Assembly: GCA_012838995.1 (NCBI GenBank)
Contig: DUOD01000034.1
Location: forward strand, 3,079-67,078
Source: Clostridiales bacterium
GTDB lineage: Bacteria > Bacillota > Clostridia > DUOD01
Length of the DNA: 64,000 bases
Reading direction: 5' to 3'
Below, piece after piece: positions 61,829-64,000 of this stretch (positions are counted from its first letter, which is position 1; every line of letters starts with the position of its first letter). The notes under the pieces are model-generated. The model was given only the letters and a program-made list of their open reading frames with translations. It did not search any database and was not told the DNA's origin. The position numbers and the translations under genes were made by a program.

Positions 61829-63850
61829 TTGATCAACTTTCAGGACAAGGTTAATTTCATATGGAGCATAGCCGAACTTTTGAGGGGTCCGTATAAAAAA
61901 GAGCAGTATGGTGACGTGATTTTGCCCATGGCCGTACTCAGGAGGTTTGACTGCGTCCTTGCACCCACCAAGGAGGAAGTATTGAAAAAATACGAGGCCT
62001 TGAAAAAGTCGGGGCTTCAAAACGTGGACCCTATTTTAAACAGAATTTCAAAGCAGGAGTTTAACAACGTCAGCAAATACGATTTTGAAAAATTATTGGC
62101 CGATCCCGATAACATCGCAAGTAATTTAAGAAATTATATTAACGGTTTTTCCAAAAACGCCAGGGAAATCATAGAACATTTTGACTTTGATAAGCACATT
62201 ACAAAACTTGATGACAATAATCTGCTTTATCTTGTCGTGTCCCAATTTAATAAATTGGATTTACATCCCGACAAAGTGAGCAACACCGAAATGGGATATA
62301 TATTCGAAGAACTGATAAGAAGGTTTTCCGAGCATGGGGAGGCGGGGGATCACTATACCCCCAGGGAAGTCATTAAGCTTATGGTAAATATTCTCCTGAA
62401 TGAAGATAAGGAGCAGCTAACCCAGCCGGGACTGGTTACAACGGTTTACGACTGCTGCGCCGGTACAGGAGGTATGCTTTCGGTTGCAGAACATCATATG
62501 AAGGAATTAAACCCGGATATACAGGTGGAACTGTTCGGACAGGAGATAAATCCCGAGTCTTACAGTATTTGCAAGTCCGACATGCTCATAAAAGGGCATA
62601 ATGCGGATAACATTGTTCTGGGGGATAGTTTTACCGAAGACGGCCATCGCGGCAAAACCTTCAGATATATGCTTACCAATCCACCCTTTGGCGTGGAATG
62701 GAAAAAGGCCCAGAAGTTTATACGCCAGGAACATGAGAAGGAAGGATTTAGCGGCAGGTTCGGTGCGGGGCTTCCCAGGATATCCGACGGTTCCCTTTTG
62801 TTCCTGCAGCATTTGATATCTAAAATGAGACAGGATGAAAAAGGTAGTCGTATTGCCATCATATTTAATGGTTCACCTTTGTTTACTGGGGATGCAGGTT
62901 CAGGAGAATCAGAAATCAGACGCTGGATAATTGAAAATGACATGCTAGAAGGCATCATTGCACTACCTGATCAGTTATTTTACAATACAGGTATTTCTAC
63001 TTATATTTGGATAGTCACCAATCGCAAAAACGACGACCCCATGAAGGGACCTGTACGAACGGGCAAAATACAGTTGGTTAATGCGGTGGATTTTTACCAG
63101 AAAATGAGGAGAAGCCTTGGCAATAAGAGAAATGAAATAACCGAAGATCAGATAGAGGAAATTACGAGGATATACGGCGAGTTTAAGGAAAACCAATATT
63201 GCAAGATTTTTGACAATGAAGATTTCGGATATCGGAAGATAGTTGTAGAAAGACCCTTAAGGCTTAATTTTCAGGTAACTGAAGAGAGAATTAATAATTT
63301 ATATAGTGAAACAGCTTTTAATAATCTGGCAAAGTCGAAGAAAAAGGGTGCGGCAGGGCTTCGTGAAATAGAAGAAGGGGAAAGACTGCAGCAGCAAATA
63401 ATAGATACCCTAAAGACAATGGATTCCACCGTTGTTTATAAAAACAGGGATGAATTCACCAAGGTGCTTAAAAAGACTTTTAAAAACAGTGGTATTAAAC
63501 TAAACAGCACCCTTTTAAAGGCAATACTCTCTGCCCTGTCCGAAAGGGATGAGACGGCGGATATCTGCATGGACAGCAAGGGTAACCCTGAGCCGGATCC
63601 GGAGTTGAGGGATACCGAAAACGTACCCTTAAAAGAGGATATCCACGAATACTTTGAACGGGAAGTAAAGCCCCATGTTCCCGATGCCTGGATAGACGAA
63701 AGCAAGACTAAAATCGGATATGAGATACCCTTCACAAGACATTTTTATAAATACCAGCCCCTAAGGCCTTCTGAAGAGATTATGAAAGAGATTATAGAAC
63801 TTGAAAAGAGCATATCAGAGAAGTTGAAGAAGGTGATGGGCAATGAGTAG
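61829..63850 (+). CDS. hsdM: type I restriction-modification system, DNA methyltransferase subunit
   Basis: It has an HsdM N-terminal domain (FIWSIAELLRG.Y), an AdoMet motif (DCCAGTGGML) and the catalytic NPPFG. TTG 61829 lies 8 nt after AGGAG, and the ORF is open from 61805. Confidence 0.9.
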   Translation: MINFQDKVNFIWSIAELLRGPYKKEQYGDVILPMAVLRRFDCVLAPTKEEVLKKYEALKKSGLQNVDPILNRISKQEFNNVSKYDFEKLLADPDNIASNLRNYINGFSKNAREIIEHFDFDKHITKLDDNNLLYLVVSQFNKLDLHPDKVSNTEMGYIFEELIRRFSEHGEAGDHYTPREVIKLMVNILLNEDKEQLTQPGLVTTVYDCCAGTGGMLSVAEHHMKELNPDIQVELFGQEINPESYSICKSDMLIKGHNADNIVLGDSFTEDGHRGKTFRYMLTNPPFGVEWKKAQKFIRQEHEKEGFSGRFGAGLPRISDGSLLFLQHLISKMRQDEKGSRIAIIFNGSPLFTGDAGSGESEIRRWIIENDMLEGIIALPDQLFYNTGISTYIWIVTNRKNDDPMKGPVRTGKIQLVNAVDFYQKMRRSLGNKRNEITEDQIEEITRIYGEFKENQYCKIFDNEDFGYRKIVVERPLRLNFQVTEERINNLYSETAFNNLAKSKKKGAAGLREIEEGERLQQQIIDTLKTMDSTVVYKNRDEFTKVLKKTFKNSGIKLNSTLLKAILSALSERDETADICMDSKGNPEPDPELRDTENVPLKEDIHEYFEREVKPHVPDAWIDESKTKIGYEIPFTRHFYKYQPLRPSEEIMKEIIELEKSISEKLKKVMGNE

Positions 63851-64000
63851 GTATAAGAGATATGAAAGGTATAAGGTTTCAGGGGTTGAGTGGATAGGTG
63901 AGATGCCAGAGCATTGGGGAGTAAAACCTCTAAAAAGAGTATTTAAAATTATAAATGGAGGAACACCGAGTAGTTCAGAAGAAAGTTATTGGAATGGAGA
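63843..64000 (+). CDS. hsdS: type I R-M specificity subunit, 5' end (continues past window)
   Basis: ATG 63843 overlaps the hsdM stop. The N-terminus (W..KPLK.VF.I.NGGTPSS....YWNG) is typical of an HsdS target-recognition domain. Confidence 0.75.
   Translation, partial: MSRYKRYERYKVSGVEWIGEMPEHWGVKPLKRVFKIINGGTPSSSEESYWNG

Overview
This 64-kb chromosomal window comes from an endospore-forming, anaerobic Firmicute. That placement is an inference from gene content: spoVAC/D/Eb, a gerA-type germinant receptor operon, hcp, split transketolase and acpS...mazEF synteny. About 50 genes are supported, nearly all on the + strand. (1) The first 11.7 kb is the 3' part of one giant ORF with more than 3,893 codons in the window. 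It encodes a repetitive beta-helix-like surface protein with three repeat regimes and an LPETP + TM + RRKRR C-terminus. (2) Next come a ComFB-like gene, an MFS transporter, clpB, two uncharacterised Fe-S genes (DUF362-Fer4 and DUF2148-like), a secreted coiled-coil/C39-like peptidase and a PflX-like radical SAM gene. (3) A spoVAC-spoVAD-spoVAEb operon is flanked by two decayed DUF1657-like ORFs. (4) A ROK regulator lies divergent from a UroD-family gene. A NEW3-domain protein, ABC ATPase and ABC-2 permease follow, then an ECF sigma/anti-sigma pair, metA and a truncated second ECF sigma. (5) An hcp-ferredoxin operon is divergent from a Crp/Fnr (HcpR-like) regulator, with a perfect 24-bp palindrome between them. 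(6) A USP, MFP, RND and TetR efflux operon follows. (7) Then come gerA/B/C, cheX, acpS, nnr, a YdcC-like lipoprotein, mazE/mazF, yitT, split tkt and an orphan membrane protein. (8) An AT-rich, gene-decay patch precedes a NifX-like / COG1149 MinD-Fer4 x2 / NifX-like / Fur-family / ArsC cluster, which sits behind a consensus promoter overlapped by a 26-bp perfect palindrome. (9) The window ends with the start of a type I R-M locus (hsdM and the 5' end of hsdS). I found no rRNA, tRNA, CRISPR array, intact transposase or recognisable riboswitch. Nothing here is demonstrably a new system. The best candidates for under-described biology are the NifX/MinD-Fer4 cluster with its operator, the giant surface protein, and the DUF362/DUF2148 pair. 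All family assignments come from reading motifs by eye, not from database searches.
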